From a virus (Duplodnaviria; Caudoviricetes): a stretch of DNA of 28,716 nucleotides. Below are positions 1 to 8,789 of this stretch, one piece after another (within the stretch, counting starts at the first letter, position 1; every line of letters begins with the position of its first letter). The position numbers and the translations under genes are program-made. Where the stretch lies: positions 1-28,716 of the IMG/VR virus record IMGVR_UViG_3300025167_000048. One strand, given 5' to 3'. Under the pieces are notes generated by a model. The model was not told where the DNA came from and did not search any database. It saw nothing but the letters and a program-made list of their open reading frames with translations.

Positions 1-1
1 G

Positions 2-709
2 CTGGAACGCTTTGCCAAAGCAAAGAAAAGCGTGGCTTACGTTGCAGCTGAAGGCGGCATAGCAAGACTTGCAGGCGAGCGATACGAAACTGTCGACATA
101 AAAACAAACATAATAATCAAGGATGGCGTGACCTGGACGAAGGAATTCGCTGAAGACGCAAGCTGGAACGTTCTTAGCCGTGAGTTGGAAGAGCTTGGCC
201 GCAGTGTTGCAGAGATGGAGACAGCGAAGATAATTGCGCTTTACGAAGCCATAGCAGCGGGTGATCTCGCAGGCGGCGCCGTCATCGCAGGCGGAGCAGC
301 GGTGCTATCGTGGGCGAAGCTTGTGGAGATATGGGATGCTGTCGAAGGCGAAGATTTCGAGGCTGACACTATGTTCATGCATAGCAAACAAATGAGCCAG
401 CTTTTCACAGCGACGGAATTCATCAATTCGCAGTATATGCCATCGGCAGGCGTGCAGGTTGGGCGGGGCTTGATTGGTCAGGCGTTAACGATGAACCTGT
501 TCAAGTCGAGTAAGTGCACAAACGGCAAGGTTTTTGGTGTTAGCAAGCTTCCTGCGGGCGTCATGCTAATTCGCAGAGACATAACTACAGAGACCTTTGA
601 GGATCCGCGGGCTGGCGAATTCGGTGTGGTCGCTACTGAGAGGATCGGGTACGGCGTCTTGCGCAGCAAAGCGGTTTCGGGCGGCACTAACTTCAAGACA
701 ACATTCTAG
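2..709 (+). CDS. Major capsid protein (HK97 fold), C-terminal part; 5' truncated at the window edge
   Basis: Frame is open from nt 2 (LERFAKAKKSVAYVAAEGG...). MCP-like segments: 'AYVAAEG', 'WTKEFAEDA', 'LGRSVAEMETAKII' and C-terminal 'VVATERIGYGVLRSKAV'. In circular order it follows the cement gene, and an oligo-T terminator follows it. Confidence 0.85.
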   Translation: MERFAKAKKSVAYVAAEGGIARLAGERYETVDIKTNIIIKDGVTWTKEFAEDASWNVLSRELEELGRSVAEMETAKIIALYEAIAAGDLAGGAVIAGGAAVLSWAKLVEIWDAVEGEDFEADTMFMHSKQMSQLFTATEFINSQYMPSAGVQVGRGLIGQALTMNLFKSSKCTNGKVFGVSKLPAGVMLIRRDITTETFEDPRAGEFGVVATERIGYGVLRSKAVSGGTNFKTTF

Positions 710-719
710 GCACAACGCA

Positions 720-749
720 TTTCTCTCTTTCTTTTCTTTTTTTTGTTTT
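720..749 (+). terminator. Archaeal-type oligo-T/pyrimidine-tract terminator
   Basis: tttctctctttcttttcttttttttgtttt lies immediately after the MCP stop codon. Confidence 0.7.
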
Positions 750-776
750 AACGCGTATTTGGTCAGGTGACAGAAG

Positions 777-1004
777 GTGGCGGTTGAGTACGAAAGACGC
801 GGTGACGCGTTCAAGGCAATCCATAGCGCCTTAAGTAACATAGCTGCGCCGCCGCATGGGAAGAAAATCACGGGCATACAGTTCACTTGGACTGTTGCTG
901 GGAATGTTGAAACCGCCAAGTTTTACGATGGGGCTGAATTACTTTTCACGCTCACGTTTACGTGGAATGTTGATAGTACGTTGAGCGGGGTGGCTCGAAC
1001 ATAG
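777..1004 (+). CDS. Small beta-rich hypothetical protein, probably virion-associated
   Basis: SD-like aggtga upstream; located in the structural module. Confidence 0.6.
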   Translation: MAVEYERRGDAFKAIHSALSNIAAPPHGKKITGIQFTWTVAGNVETAKFYDGAELLFTLTFTWNVDSTLSGVART

Positions 1005-1047
1005 CCGACAAAGCGCGGCTGTGCGAGAAACCAGATTAAAATAAAAA

Positions 1048-1608
1048 ATGGAGGAAAATAGAATGGAAAAACTTGAAGAGAAAATTGGTTGGAATGCCAA
1101 ATGGCGAATAGACAAGTTTCGCGACCCTGACGACAAAATAGCGAAGGCTTTGCAAGCGGGTATGCCGATGAATGAGGCGCTAAGCCTCTACGCGAAAGCG
1201 TTCATCTGCACCGAAAGAATCGAAGGGAACATCGCTTTAAACGAGGGTTTGCAAGCGCTGATCGGTTTGGCTTGTGCGATAGGTAGTGAAACGGCGTGGA
1301 GCAACGCGGCAGCGTATTTGGGCGTCGGAGACTCCAATGCGGCTGAAAACGCGGCGCATACGGGTTTGCAGGCGGCAACGAACAAACTTTGGAAGGCGAT
1401 GGATGCGACTTATCCGCAGCGGACAAATCAAACTGTGGATTGGCGGGCTACGTTCGGTAGTGCAGATGCGAATTACGCGTGGGAAGAGTACACTGTTGTG
1501 AATGCTTCAACTGATGCAGGCAAGAACTTGAACCGCAAAATCGCCAGCAAAGGCACGAAGGCGTCGGGCGAAAGCTGGGTGCTTAGTCTGCAGATAACGT
1601 TCTCGTAG
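1048..1608 (+). CDS. Putative virion structural protein (tail-fibre/collar-like beta domain)
   Basis: Motifs 'YLGVGDS' and 'RATFGSADANYAWEE' resemble phage fibre-attachment domains; structural context. Confidence 0.5.
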   Translation: MEENRMEKLEEKIGWNAKWRIDKFRDPDDKIAKALQAGMPMNEALSLYAKAFICTERIEGNIALNEGLQALIGLACAIGSETAWSNAAAYLGVGDSNAAENAAHTGLQAATNKLWKAMDATYPQRTNQTVDWRATFGSADANYAWEEYTVVNASTDAGKNLNRKIASKGTKASGESWVLSLQITFS

Positions 1609-1619
1609 GCGGATGACAT

Positions 1620-3107
1620 TTGAGCTTTTCCGTTGACGTTAAGAAATGGGATGCGAAACTCCAAATTGCGGCATTACAGAATTTACCCTCTAAAACGTCA
1701 ACGAGAAGCTATCTTTTAACTGCTGAAGAAAGCAAAACTGAAGACGGTGGTTTAGAACTTGAATTTGTGTTATCTGCAAAACCGAATCGCAACACCATTG
1801 ATATTCCGTTTTTAAGGGAAAACATTGTTCTGTATTATCAGCCGCCGTTAACTGAAGAATTCAACAAAGCGGACTGCGAAGTTTGGACCGAAACCCGTGT
1901 CAAAACAAAGGATGGACAAGAGTTTCTCCGTCCTGAGAACATTGTCGGAAGCTACGCAGTTTATCATGCTTCAAAAAAAGGCAACAATTACAAAACTGGT
2001 AAAATCTGCCACATTTTTCGTCCGAAGCTTATTGATGCTGACGGCAAAACTGTTTGGGCAGATTTTAATCGAGATGCAAATGAAACAAACGTTTTAATCA
2101 TAACACTTCCGCAGACGTTTCTCAACTCAGCCAAATACCCCGTGACGGTTGATCCGACTTTCGGCAAAACAAGCATAGGCGGAACAAGCGGAAACAGCAC
2201 TGCAGGATATATCCGAGGTTCCAAATACACTCTAAGCGAAAACGCTGAAGTAACTGCGTTAAGTGTTTACCTTGACACCGCAACGGGAAACGTGAAGAAA
2301 GCGATTTATGATGCAAGCCTCAACAAAGTATACGCTGACGATGTTGGGCAAGCCGTGGTTGCCGGCTGGAATACCAAGAGCGGATTATCAGTAGGTTTAA
2401 CCGCTGGCGATTACTGGCTCGTTTGGAAAAACGACACAAGCGGAACATACTACAAGTATGATGCTGGCACACTAAATCAGGGATTATACGCAACTTACGC
2501 TTACGCAACAGCTTTCCCAGCCACTTTAACGCCTGATGGATATCAGGATAGAGCCTATAGCATTTACGCCACGTACACCGCTGGCGCAACATTACAAACC
2601 GTAACCGATGCGGTCGCGCTTTCAGATAGCGTTTTGCGGCATAAAACGTTTAGCGTTTCGGATGGCGTGGGCGTTTCTGACTTGGCGAGAACCGACAAGA
2701 ATCCGTTGATCGTGGCTGACGCCTTAGGCTTGGTTGATGCTATTTTGCGGAATAAGCAGTTTGCCGTCACGGATGCGGTTGCGCTTGCCGAACTTGTCGA
2801 TGTTATCAAAGGGCTTATACTGAAAACTGTGGCGGATTCGATTGGGTTAAGCGATGCGGTTTTGCGGGATAAGGTTTTAGCGTTGATTGATGCGGTAGCG
2901 CTTTCCGACGCGGTTTCGACGCCTTCCCGTATCCTGCGGGCTTTGGATCAGGTAGGTCTTGCTGATGGCGCCTTAGTGAATAAGGTTCTGCAGGTCATTG
3001 AGAGCATTAGCCTTGTCGAGGTTGTTGAGGTTGGTGTTGGCGGCGCCAAGAAGACAAAGTTATTTCTAGTGCTGGGAGACTTGGCGATTCAACTTTCGAG
3101 TGATTAA
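1620..3107 (+). CDS. Putative fibre/adhesin: N-terminal beta domains plus C-terminal ~18-20 aa 'D-x-V/I-x-L-x-D' repeats
   Basis: 'YPVTVDPTFG' domain boundary, a Y/T/G-rich beta sandwich, and repeats DAVALSD/DGVGVSD/DALGLVD/DSIGLSD/DQVGLAD. Confidence 0.55.
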   Translation: MSFSVDVKKWDAKLQIAALQNLPSKTSTRSYLLTAEESKTEDGGLELEFVLSAKPNRNTIDIPFLRENIVLYYQPPLTEEFNKADCEVWTETRVKTKDGQEFLRPENIVGSYAVYHASKKGNNYKTGKICHIFRPKLIDADGKTVWADFNRDANETNVLIITLPQTFLNSAKYPVTVDPTFGKTSIGGTSGNSTAGYIRGSKYTLSENAEVTALSVYLDTATGNVKKAIYDASLNKVYADDVGQAVVAGWNTKSGLSVGLTAGDYWLVWKNDTSGTYYKYDAGTLNQGLYATYAYATAFPATLTPDGYQDRAYSIYATYTAGATLQTVTDAVALSDSVLRHKTFSVSDGVGVSDLARTDKNPLIVADALGLVDAILRNKQFAVTDAVALAELVDVIKGLILKTVADSIGLSDAVLRDKVLALIDAVALSDAVSTPSRILRALDQVGLADGALVNKVLQVIESISLVEVVEVGVGGAKKTKLFLVLGDLAIQLSSD

Positions 3108-3109
3108 TC

Positions 3110-3418
3110 ATGGCGGTTAAACTTGGCGTCGTAACAGGTGTTTGTTCTCGATGCAGCAGATTGCTAGTTCGCAATCGCCCTGAAGCTGAAGCGGTCTGTG
3201 ATTGCTTTGATTATTGCCCTCGCGATCACGGAAGTGGCGCCTACGCGACGAAGATGGATGCTTACACGCCTGATTTGACTCCTGCAACCTACGGCCCCAT
3301 GAAAGTGGTTTCTGGGGATGTACGTGGTGACCTGGATCACCCGATGAATATTCTTCGGCGTTGCCCTGTCTGCGGTTACCTTTCGGCTCAGAAGCCCGTG
3401 GAGGTGCGCTTATCATGA
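3110..3418 (+). CDS. Cys-rich zinc-binding protein
   Basis: CSRC, CDCFDYC and CPVC motifs; starts 2 nt after the upstream stop. Confidence 0.65.
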   Translation: MAVKLGVVTGVCSRCSRLLVRNRPEAEAVCDCFDYCPRDHGSGAYATKMDAYTPDLTPATYGPMKVVSGDVRGDLDHPMNILRRCPVCGYLSAQKPVEVRLS

Positions 3419-3522
3419 TGCGGTGCGCGTGTGGATCTGACGCTAACATATTCGAAGCTGGTAGGGCGGAATGTACGCGGTGCTATTTGAAGCGGGTTAA
3501 GGAAAGAGGGAGATCAAACTGA
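3415..3522 (+). CDS. 35-aa zinc-finger microprotein (not in the ORF track)
   Basis: MMRCACGSDANIFEAGRAECTRCYLKRVKERGRSN; ATGA overlap with the upstream stop and GGAGGTG SD at 3400-3406. Confidence 0.6.
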   Translation: MMRCACGSDANIFEAGRAECTRCYLKRVKERGRSN

Positions 3523-3743
3523 GTAAAAATTTTAAGAGCGACTTCGAAACTCCTCCACATACTAAAGTGCGTGTGGTTGCGACTGTCGATCGGAAACTCT
3601 GCGAGGAGATGGAGCATATTCATGTGCAGGAGATTGAGCGGGCTAGGGCTGAGGACCGTACTGAGCCTGATTGGAGCAACACACTAGAAATGCTCATGAA
3701 AAAAGGCGCTCGGGCTTACAAACGTAAGGAACCTGAAAAATAG
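3519..3743 (+). CDS. Ribbon-helix-helix-like DNA-binding protein, CTG start (not in the ORF track)
   Basis: (M)SKNFKSDFETPPHTKVRVVATVDRKLCEEMEHI...DWSNTLEMLMKKG shows a strand-helix-helix pattern. CTGA overlap with the previous stop; purine-rich SD upstream. Confidence 0.6.
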   Translation: MSKNFKSDFETPPHTKVRVVATVDRKLCEEMEHIHVQEIERARAEDRTEPDWSNTLEMLMKKGARAYKRKEPEK

Positions 3744-3769
3744 TTTGCTACGATTTTCCATTGCATTTT

Positions 3770-3808
3770 ATTACATAACGTAGAATGTTATGCAATTAAT
3801 CTTAAGAG
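3770..3808 (+). promoter_or_regulatory. Inverted-repeat operator next to an AT-rich promoter for the neck/tail operon
   Basis: attacataac-gtagaat-gttatgcaat (9/10 matching arms) followed by taatcttaag. Confidence 0.45.
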
Positions 3809-3852
3809 TCCTTGTCTGCAGAGGGTTCTCTATTTGTGTTGAGGTCCTTCAG

Positions 3853-4224
3853 TTGGTTTCTATCACGCCTGATAGTGTTCGCAAGCGAGTCAATCTTACA
3901 GCTGTCGATGTGCCGGATGACATGGTGAACCAGTTTATCCAGGATGCGGTTGAGACAATCGAGATCGAGGCGGATTTGTCGATTGATCCTGCTAACTGCA
4001 CTGCGGCTCAGGCTGTTCCGATCAGGAATTTGGCGGCTATCTATTGTGCTTGTAAGGTTACGGGGGGCTCGGCCAGCGGCTTGAATTTCAGGGTTGGAGA
4101 TTTGTCTGTCGATGAGTCTTCTTCAGGCGGGGGCAGTGGGCTCAGCGGCAGTAATCTCCAATTCCTGATGAATGAGGTTCAAAGGTTCATCGATCGCTTT
4201 AAGACTGATTTCAGGATGGTGTAG
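3853..4224 (+). CDS. Head-tail adaptor/connector protein (SPP1 gp15/HK97 gp6-like)
   Basis: Likely TTG start at 3853 after GAGGT. Helical N-terminus 'ITPDSVRKRV', 'FIQDA' and a 'FRVGDLSV' beta-hairpin typical of adaptors; first gene of the neck module. Confidence 0.65.
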   Translation: MVSITPDSVRKRVNLTAVDVPDDMVNQFIQDAVETIEIEADLSIDPANCTAAQAVPIRNLAAIYCACKVTGGSASGLNFRVGDLSVDESSSGGGSGLSGSNLQFLMNEVQRFIDRFKTDFRMV

Positions 4225-4227
4225 GGC

Positions 4228-5847
4228 GTGGGCACTGTCCCAAGCGCCTACTACGACTATGTTATGCATTACGCGCCCTGGTACTACGCTGTTACGACTG
4301 CTATGGCTGCTGATCCGCCCTCTGGCCAGAAGAATGTCACTGTTGCAGATGGCTCCAAATTCAGCGCGAATATGCCCTGCGAGCTCAAGGATTCTGCTCA
4401 TAATGAATGGAACGAAGTTGACAGTGTACTCGGTAACGTTGTGACCATGAAAAACAACCTTGCCTACACGTACTATGTGGCGAAGGGCGGAACCGTGGAT
4501 CATGGCGACAAAGATTTTGGGAAAGGCGCTTTTCCCGCTGCTTTCGCCATCGAATTTCTCTATGAAGCCTATTCTGCTACTCAATTCGCATCTAATCAAG
4601 CTGAGATTCTCTCAAAAATCGTCGAGCTTGCCGATTGGTTGTTGACTCAGCAATGCACAGATAATCTGAAGTTGGCGTATGGCGGCTTCAAATCTGGCGA
4701 GTCAAGTACTCAGTATTGGGCTGTCGACGCTGGCAGGGTTATTCCTGCTTTGCTGAAAGCTTATGCTCTGACGTCGACTGTGGGCTATTTGGATGCTGCG
4801 AAGTTGGCAGGGTACACTTTTCTCTATACGATGCAACAGCAGCCTAGCGTTCTCGGAATCCATGATAAATACTATGGCGGCTTTCCGAATTACGTTAGCA
4901 TAAGCGATACTTGGGATTCGGTGATGAGCGTTGAAAACCTCTATTGCCTCATTGGGCTTAAGATGTTGGCTGATACCTACGATACGGCCAATGCTTCCAG
5001 GTACAATTCCATGATGACTGATCTAGTCGGTTTCTTGCGTGAGGGTTTCGAGCAGCTCTATCTCTACTATAATCCGCCGCCTTCTGGATTGGGCGAGTGG
5101 TACCGCGTTGGGCTGAATGATACTGAGGTTTATGATGATCCTGTGAGTTTCGCGTTGCTCGGTCTCTACGCTTACGAGAGCTGGAGTCTCACTTGTCAGC
5201 GTGTCTACAATTTCATTCAATCGATTAGGGCTAGTGGGCAGTATCCGGCGTATTGGCCTGAGGTTTGTTGGCCTGGCTACCTTGACGTGGTTACGCGGTT
5301 CCCTGCTTGTCCCTACTATGACGCGATTACAATGGGGATTTTGTGGAAGGTCCGCAAAGAGCGTGATCCTCCAAGCTTCAAGCTGGCTTACGACGTCGCC
5401 GCCAAATATAGCGATGAATTTCTGTTTTGGGGTCCTCTGTTCACAGATTTTAGTCCTGTGACGCCTGCGAAGGCTATGGCTAATGTTACATGGTTGGCAA
5501 GGATGTTCCTAAACTACGAGGAGCCCTTAACCAGATTCACGCAGATTCTCAACAACAAGGGCGAAGCGGTTCTGCTTTATCCTGTCCGTCAGGCCGTGGA
5601 GATTGTAAGTTATGGCGAGCCTTTGGATGTGTTAGCTGTGATTTCACCTTTGCGAGCTGAGCAAGTCCTAATCGAGCCAGGATACTACCTGGATGACTAT
5701 CTGGCGTTTTACACATTCTTGCCAGTGCGCAGCCACGACAAAATCAGGCGTCAAGGTGAAGACTATGAGGTTCAGACTGTGACGCCTTTCACTTACGCGA
5801 ATCAGCGGTTTTACTTCAAGAGCGCTGCGCGGAGGCTGATTGCTTGA
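4228..5847 (+). CDS. Head-closure (stopper)-like C-terminal domain fused to a large alpha/alpha-toroid-like domain
   Basis: C-terminal 'FYTFLPVRSHDKIRRQGEDYEVQTV...YFKSAARR' fits the gp16-like stopper pattern. The central region has helical hairpins with 'LADWLLTQQ...GGF' and 'YGGF' motifs. Confidence 0.55.
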   Translation: MGTVPSAYYDYVMHYAPWYYAVTTAMAADPPSGQKNVTVADGSKFSANMPCELKDSAHNEWNEVDSVLGNVVTMKNNLAYTYYVAKGGTVDHGDKDFGKGAFPAAFAIEFLYEAYSATQFASNQAEILSKIVELADWLLTQQCTDNLKLAYGGFKSGESSTQYWAVDAGRVIPALLKAYALTSTVGYLDAAKLAGYTFLYTMQQQPSVLGIHDKYYGGFPNYVSISDTWDSVMSVENLYCLIGLKMLADTYDTANASRYNSMMTDLVGFLREGFEQLYLYYNPPPSGLGEWYRVGLNDTEVYDDPVSFALLGLYAYESWSLTCQRVYNFIQSIRASGQYPAYWPEVCWPGYLDVVTRFPACPYYDAITMGILWKVRKERDPPSFKLAYDVAAKYSDEFLFWGPLFTDFSPVTPAKAMANVTWLARMFLNYEEPLTRFTQILNNKGEAVLLYPVRQAVEIVSYGEPLDVLAVISPLRAEQVLIEPGYYLDDYLAFYTFLPVRSHDKIRRQGEDYEVQTVTPFTYANQRFYFKSAARRLIA

Positions 5848-6840
5848 GCGAGCTAGAGGACCCGGTTACTACTCTTTTGAGGTTGATCACTACGAGGATA
5901 CGTGTCACGAAGGATGATGGGAACGCTGCGAAGATTCTGGCTTCAGAGGCAGCGTTTGATCGGGAGCTCCTGCTAAAGGAGTACGATTCGCAGATCACTT
6001 TAGCGGTTGACCCAAACCTGGGTGTTCAGGACCAGAAGCTTGAGTTGGCTGGGCGTCTTAGGCGTCAGATGTACTATTTCAGGTTGACAGCGCATTCGGT
6101 CGATAAGCCTTCTGTGCCAGGCGCAGATCTAGGGCGAGTGATGCGCAACAAGGTCACCGCACAGGTTAAGGCGATTATTCGGGAGAACAGGACCTTGCCC
6201 TATCAGACCGCCTATAACTTTGCTGGTCTCGGGTATCCGTCTGGTGATCCGCATAAGGCGTTCGCTGCTGGTGCAGCCTCGGAACTGGCGCCGTCAAGCA
6301 CATCGTGGGCTGAATTATCGACTCTCGAATATCAGAATATTTGGTACAGTGGATGATCGCTTTTCCAAAAGCCATAATGTGAACAACCAGTATGCAATGA
6401 TGCTTTTTAGGTTTAAGATAGGCCCAAGGGAGCAATGCGTCAAGAAGATCGTGTTGAGTTTTGAGGGTTATGGCACGGCGCCCGTTGGGAACGGTATAAC
6501 GGTAAAAGTCTGGAATCATGTTGCCTCTGCGTGGCAGCAAGCTCAAACTGGAACGGGCAGCGGAGACGAAACAATAACGATCACACTTTTGGCTGATTGG
6601 CCTAACTTCATTGATTCAAGCGGCTACGTGTGGCTTCTGACCAGAACCACGAATCCAAGCAATGGCACCACGCCAGCAGTCGTTTACTGCGATTTTGTCC
6701 AGTGCACAATTCAGGTTTACGGGATCACTTACTGCGACGTCGTGAGTTACAAGCCTGTCGACGTCGTGGATGTCAAGCCTTTCCTCTTCAAGACCGAGTT
6801 CATTTTGAAAGGATGGTTGTTTGAGACGGTTTCAGGGTAA
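5844..6840 (+). CDS. Tail terminator-like protein with an inserted beta domain, interrupted by a +1 frameshift at ~6351
   Basis: Sits between stopper and tail tube. Removing one G in tggtacagtGgatgatcgc joins ORFs 5844-6356 and 6220-6840 into one 331-aa frame (...IWYSDDRFSKSH...). Confidence 0.6.
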
Positions 6841-6858
6841 TGGAGGAATAAGAAAAAA

Positions 6859-7725
6859 ATGGTTGAAACATACGGTTCGAACGAAGAGCGCGTCTATTAC
6901 GTTGCGGAGGACACTTTCGGAACTACGCCGACAAATCCAGCGATGCTCAGCGTTCCAGCGGATCAGATTGAACCCAGCATCGACCCAGGTAACATAAAAC
7001 TGAGAGGAGCAGGAAACTACGACCTGCAGGTAATCAAGAAGGGTCTCAGGCAGGTGGGGCTTAAGGTTAGCTATCCGTTACCTTCTAATGCTCCTGTCGA
7101 TTTGCTGCAGTGGGCCAAGATGGACCTGAACAAGAGCCTTAGCATACAGGTACTCTACTATAAGGGCACGTTTGCGAGCGCCACCGACATCATTTCGATG
7201 CTTTTCACGGGCATGAAATTCAACAAGGTAAGCGTAAGTTGCAGCATCGAGGACGTCGTGAAAGCTCTAGCAGAATTCCAAGGACAAAATGCTGCTACAG
7301 GGACCGCGAAGATCACCGGCGCAACCTACACCGATTACGCTGGAGCTGTAGCTTTCCATGAGACCTACGCCAAAAAAGACACTACTATCCTTGATCGCGT
7401 TACTGATTGGAAATTCGACATAGAAAATAATCTCAAACGGGTGCCTGTTATTCGTTCTTCAAGCGGAGAAATACTGAAGTACTTGCCGTTCCGTCATCGG
7501 GTTCTCTCTGGAGAATTGACGTTCGAGTTTGAAAGCAAAACCGAGGCTGACGAGATTCTTGCCGATACGGAGTTTACGCTTGAGTTTGGGCTTGGAGGCA
7601 CATGCAAAGCTGTCTTTTCCTACTGCAAGTGGGATAACGTCTCGATTCCAAGCAAGATGGAAGACCTGATCTCACTAAAGGCGCCGTTTGTTGCTAAAGG
7701 ACCTGTTTCGATCAATGCCACCTAG
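6859..7725 (+). CDS. Major tail tube protein
   Basis: 'YYVAEDTFGTTP', 'FDIENNL' and 'GELTFEF' are typical siphovirus tube motifs; GGAGG SD. Confidence 0.8.
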   Translation: MVETYGSNEERVYYVAEDTFGTTPTNPAMLSVPADQIEPSIDPGNIKLRGAGNYDLQVIKKGLRQVGLKVSYPLPSNAPVDLLQWAKMDLNKSLSIQVLYYKGTFASATDIISMLFTGMKFNKVSVSCSIEDVVKALAEFQGQNAATGTAKITGATYTDYAGAVAFHETYAKKDTTILDRVTDWKFDIENNLKRVPVIRSSSGEILKYLPFRHRVLSGELTFEFESKTEADEILADTEFTLEFGLGGTCKAVFSYCKWDNVSIPSKMEDLISLKAPFVAKGPVSINAT

Positions 7726-7736
7726 GAGGGCTGCGA

Positions 7737-7904
7737 GTGATCTCTGAAGCTGAGATTAAGGTTCTGATTTGCGTGGGCGCTATGTGGGGTCGCTATTCAG
7801 AGCGGATCAGCAAGTTACCGAAGCATCTGCAGGATACTTTCCTAGCGGATTTGGAAACTGCAATCGAAAATCGTTTGAGGGTTTTGGAGAGAGTAAAAGA
7901 ATGA
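7737..7904 (+). CDS. 55-aa hypothetical protein (not in the ORF track)
   Basis: GTG start after GGAGG; MISEAEIKVLICVGAMWGRYSERISKLPKHLQDTFLADLETAIENRLRVLERVKE; ATGA overlap with the next gene. Confidence 0.65.
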   Translation: MISEAEIKVLICVGAMWGRYSERISKLPKHLQDTFLADLETAIENRLRVLERVKE

Positions 7905-8365
7905 ACGAAGAATCCTTTGAGATTGATGAGAGATTCGGCAAAGAATACCAGGGCAAATACGTTTTCAAAGAAATCACGTGGGCGAAGCGGAACCGCATAA
8001 TCCAGAAGTACACGAAATACAGCAGAGTCTCCGGGGAAGTTGAAAGCAGCGACTTCATCGCTATACAAGCAGAAACCATTATGGCAAGTTTACACGGTCA
8101 ACCTGATTCTAAGCCCATAACACTTGAGAAGCTTCTAAGCGAAGAGGATGGCATTCCGATAGAGCTCGGAGAATTATTCTCGAAGGTTACCAACAGGCTC
8201 AATGGCATGAGTCACGAGGATATCCGTTTTTTGTTAGAGCAATTAGACGAGGAAAGCCGCATCCTGCTCTTTCAGAGTTTCGGCTTTGTAAAGAGTTCGG
8301 ATGGACCCCAACTCAGCTCGCAAAGCAGCCAGCTCGAACAATCCAAGAGTTCTGTGCCATCTTGA
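7901..8365 (+). CDS. Tail assembly chaperone (gpG-like)
   Basis: True start is probably ATG 7901 (MNEESFEID...); lies between the tube and tape-measure genes. Confidence 0.7.
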   Translation: MNEESFEIDERFGKEYQGKYVFKEITWAKRNRIIQKYTKYSRVSGEVESSDFIAIQAETIMASLHGQPDSKPITLEKLLSEEDGIPIELGELFSKVTNRLNGMSHEDIRFLLEQLDEESRILLFQSFGFVKSSDGPQLSSQSSQLEQSKSSVPS

Positions 8366-8430
8366 ACGTGATGGATCAGATGGCGGAGGAAGAACGTCAA
8401 AAGGCGGAGAAGGAGGCTAAAAGACGGTAG
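8227..8430 (+). CDS. -1 frame extension of the tail chaperone (gpGT-like), reached by programmed frameshift
   Basis: In-frame heptamer T TTT TTG at 8227-8233. The -1 frame reads FVRAIRRGKPHPALSEFRLCKEFGWTPTQL...KRR* and ends at the next gene. Confidence 0.7.
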   Translation, partial: FFVRAIRRGKPHPALSEFRLCKEFGWTPTQLAKQPARTIQEFCAILNVMDQMAEEERQKAEKEAKRR

Positions 8431-8444
8431 AAATCGCATGTGAC

Positions 8445-8789
8445 GTGGAAGGTATTGAAGAATTTCAAGCGGCGATGCTGAAGTTTGACGGCGCCTTACA
8501 GAATCAGGTCTACCGTTATCTTGCAAGCTGGGCTGCTGACGTTAAGGCTGAGGCTATGCGTCTTGTTCCAGTGAAGACAGGATATTTGCGAAGCACAATT
8601 TACGCCAAGATTAGGGATTGGGTTGCGGAGATTGGGGCTGAGGCTACTTACGCGCTTTTCGTGGAATTAGGGACAAGGCACATGCAAGCAAGACCATACC
8701 TCTACCCAGCAATTCAAGAGCACTTGCTAAGGCTTGAGCAAATAATTCTCGAAGCGATTGATGCAGCTAAAGCGGAGGCGGGCTTATGA
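8445..8789 (+). CDS. HK97 gp10-family tail completion protein
   Basis: 'PVKTGYLRSTI' and 'YALFVELGTRHMQARPYLYPA' family motifs; start may be ACG at 8424. Confidence 0.85.
   Translation: MEGIEEFQAAMLKFDGALQNQVYRYLASWAADVKAEAMRLVPVKTGYLRSTIYAKIRDWVAEIGAEATYALFVELGTRHMQARPYLYPAIQEHLLRLEQIILEAIDAAKAEAGL

Noticed and set aside
2590-3030. Repeated GATGCGGT-type DNA units as a CRISPR or DGR-like array
   Set aside because: They encode the protein's DAV repeats. There is no constant repeat-spacer structure and no reverse transcriptase.
7769-7900. N-terminal extension of the chaperone ORF in the track
   Set aside because: This region is better explained by the 55-aa gene at 7737-7904, which has an SD and an ATGA overlap.
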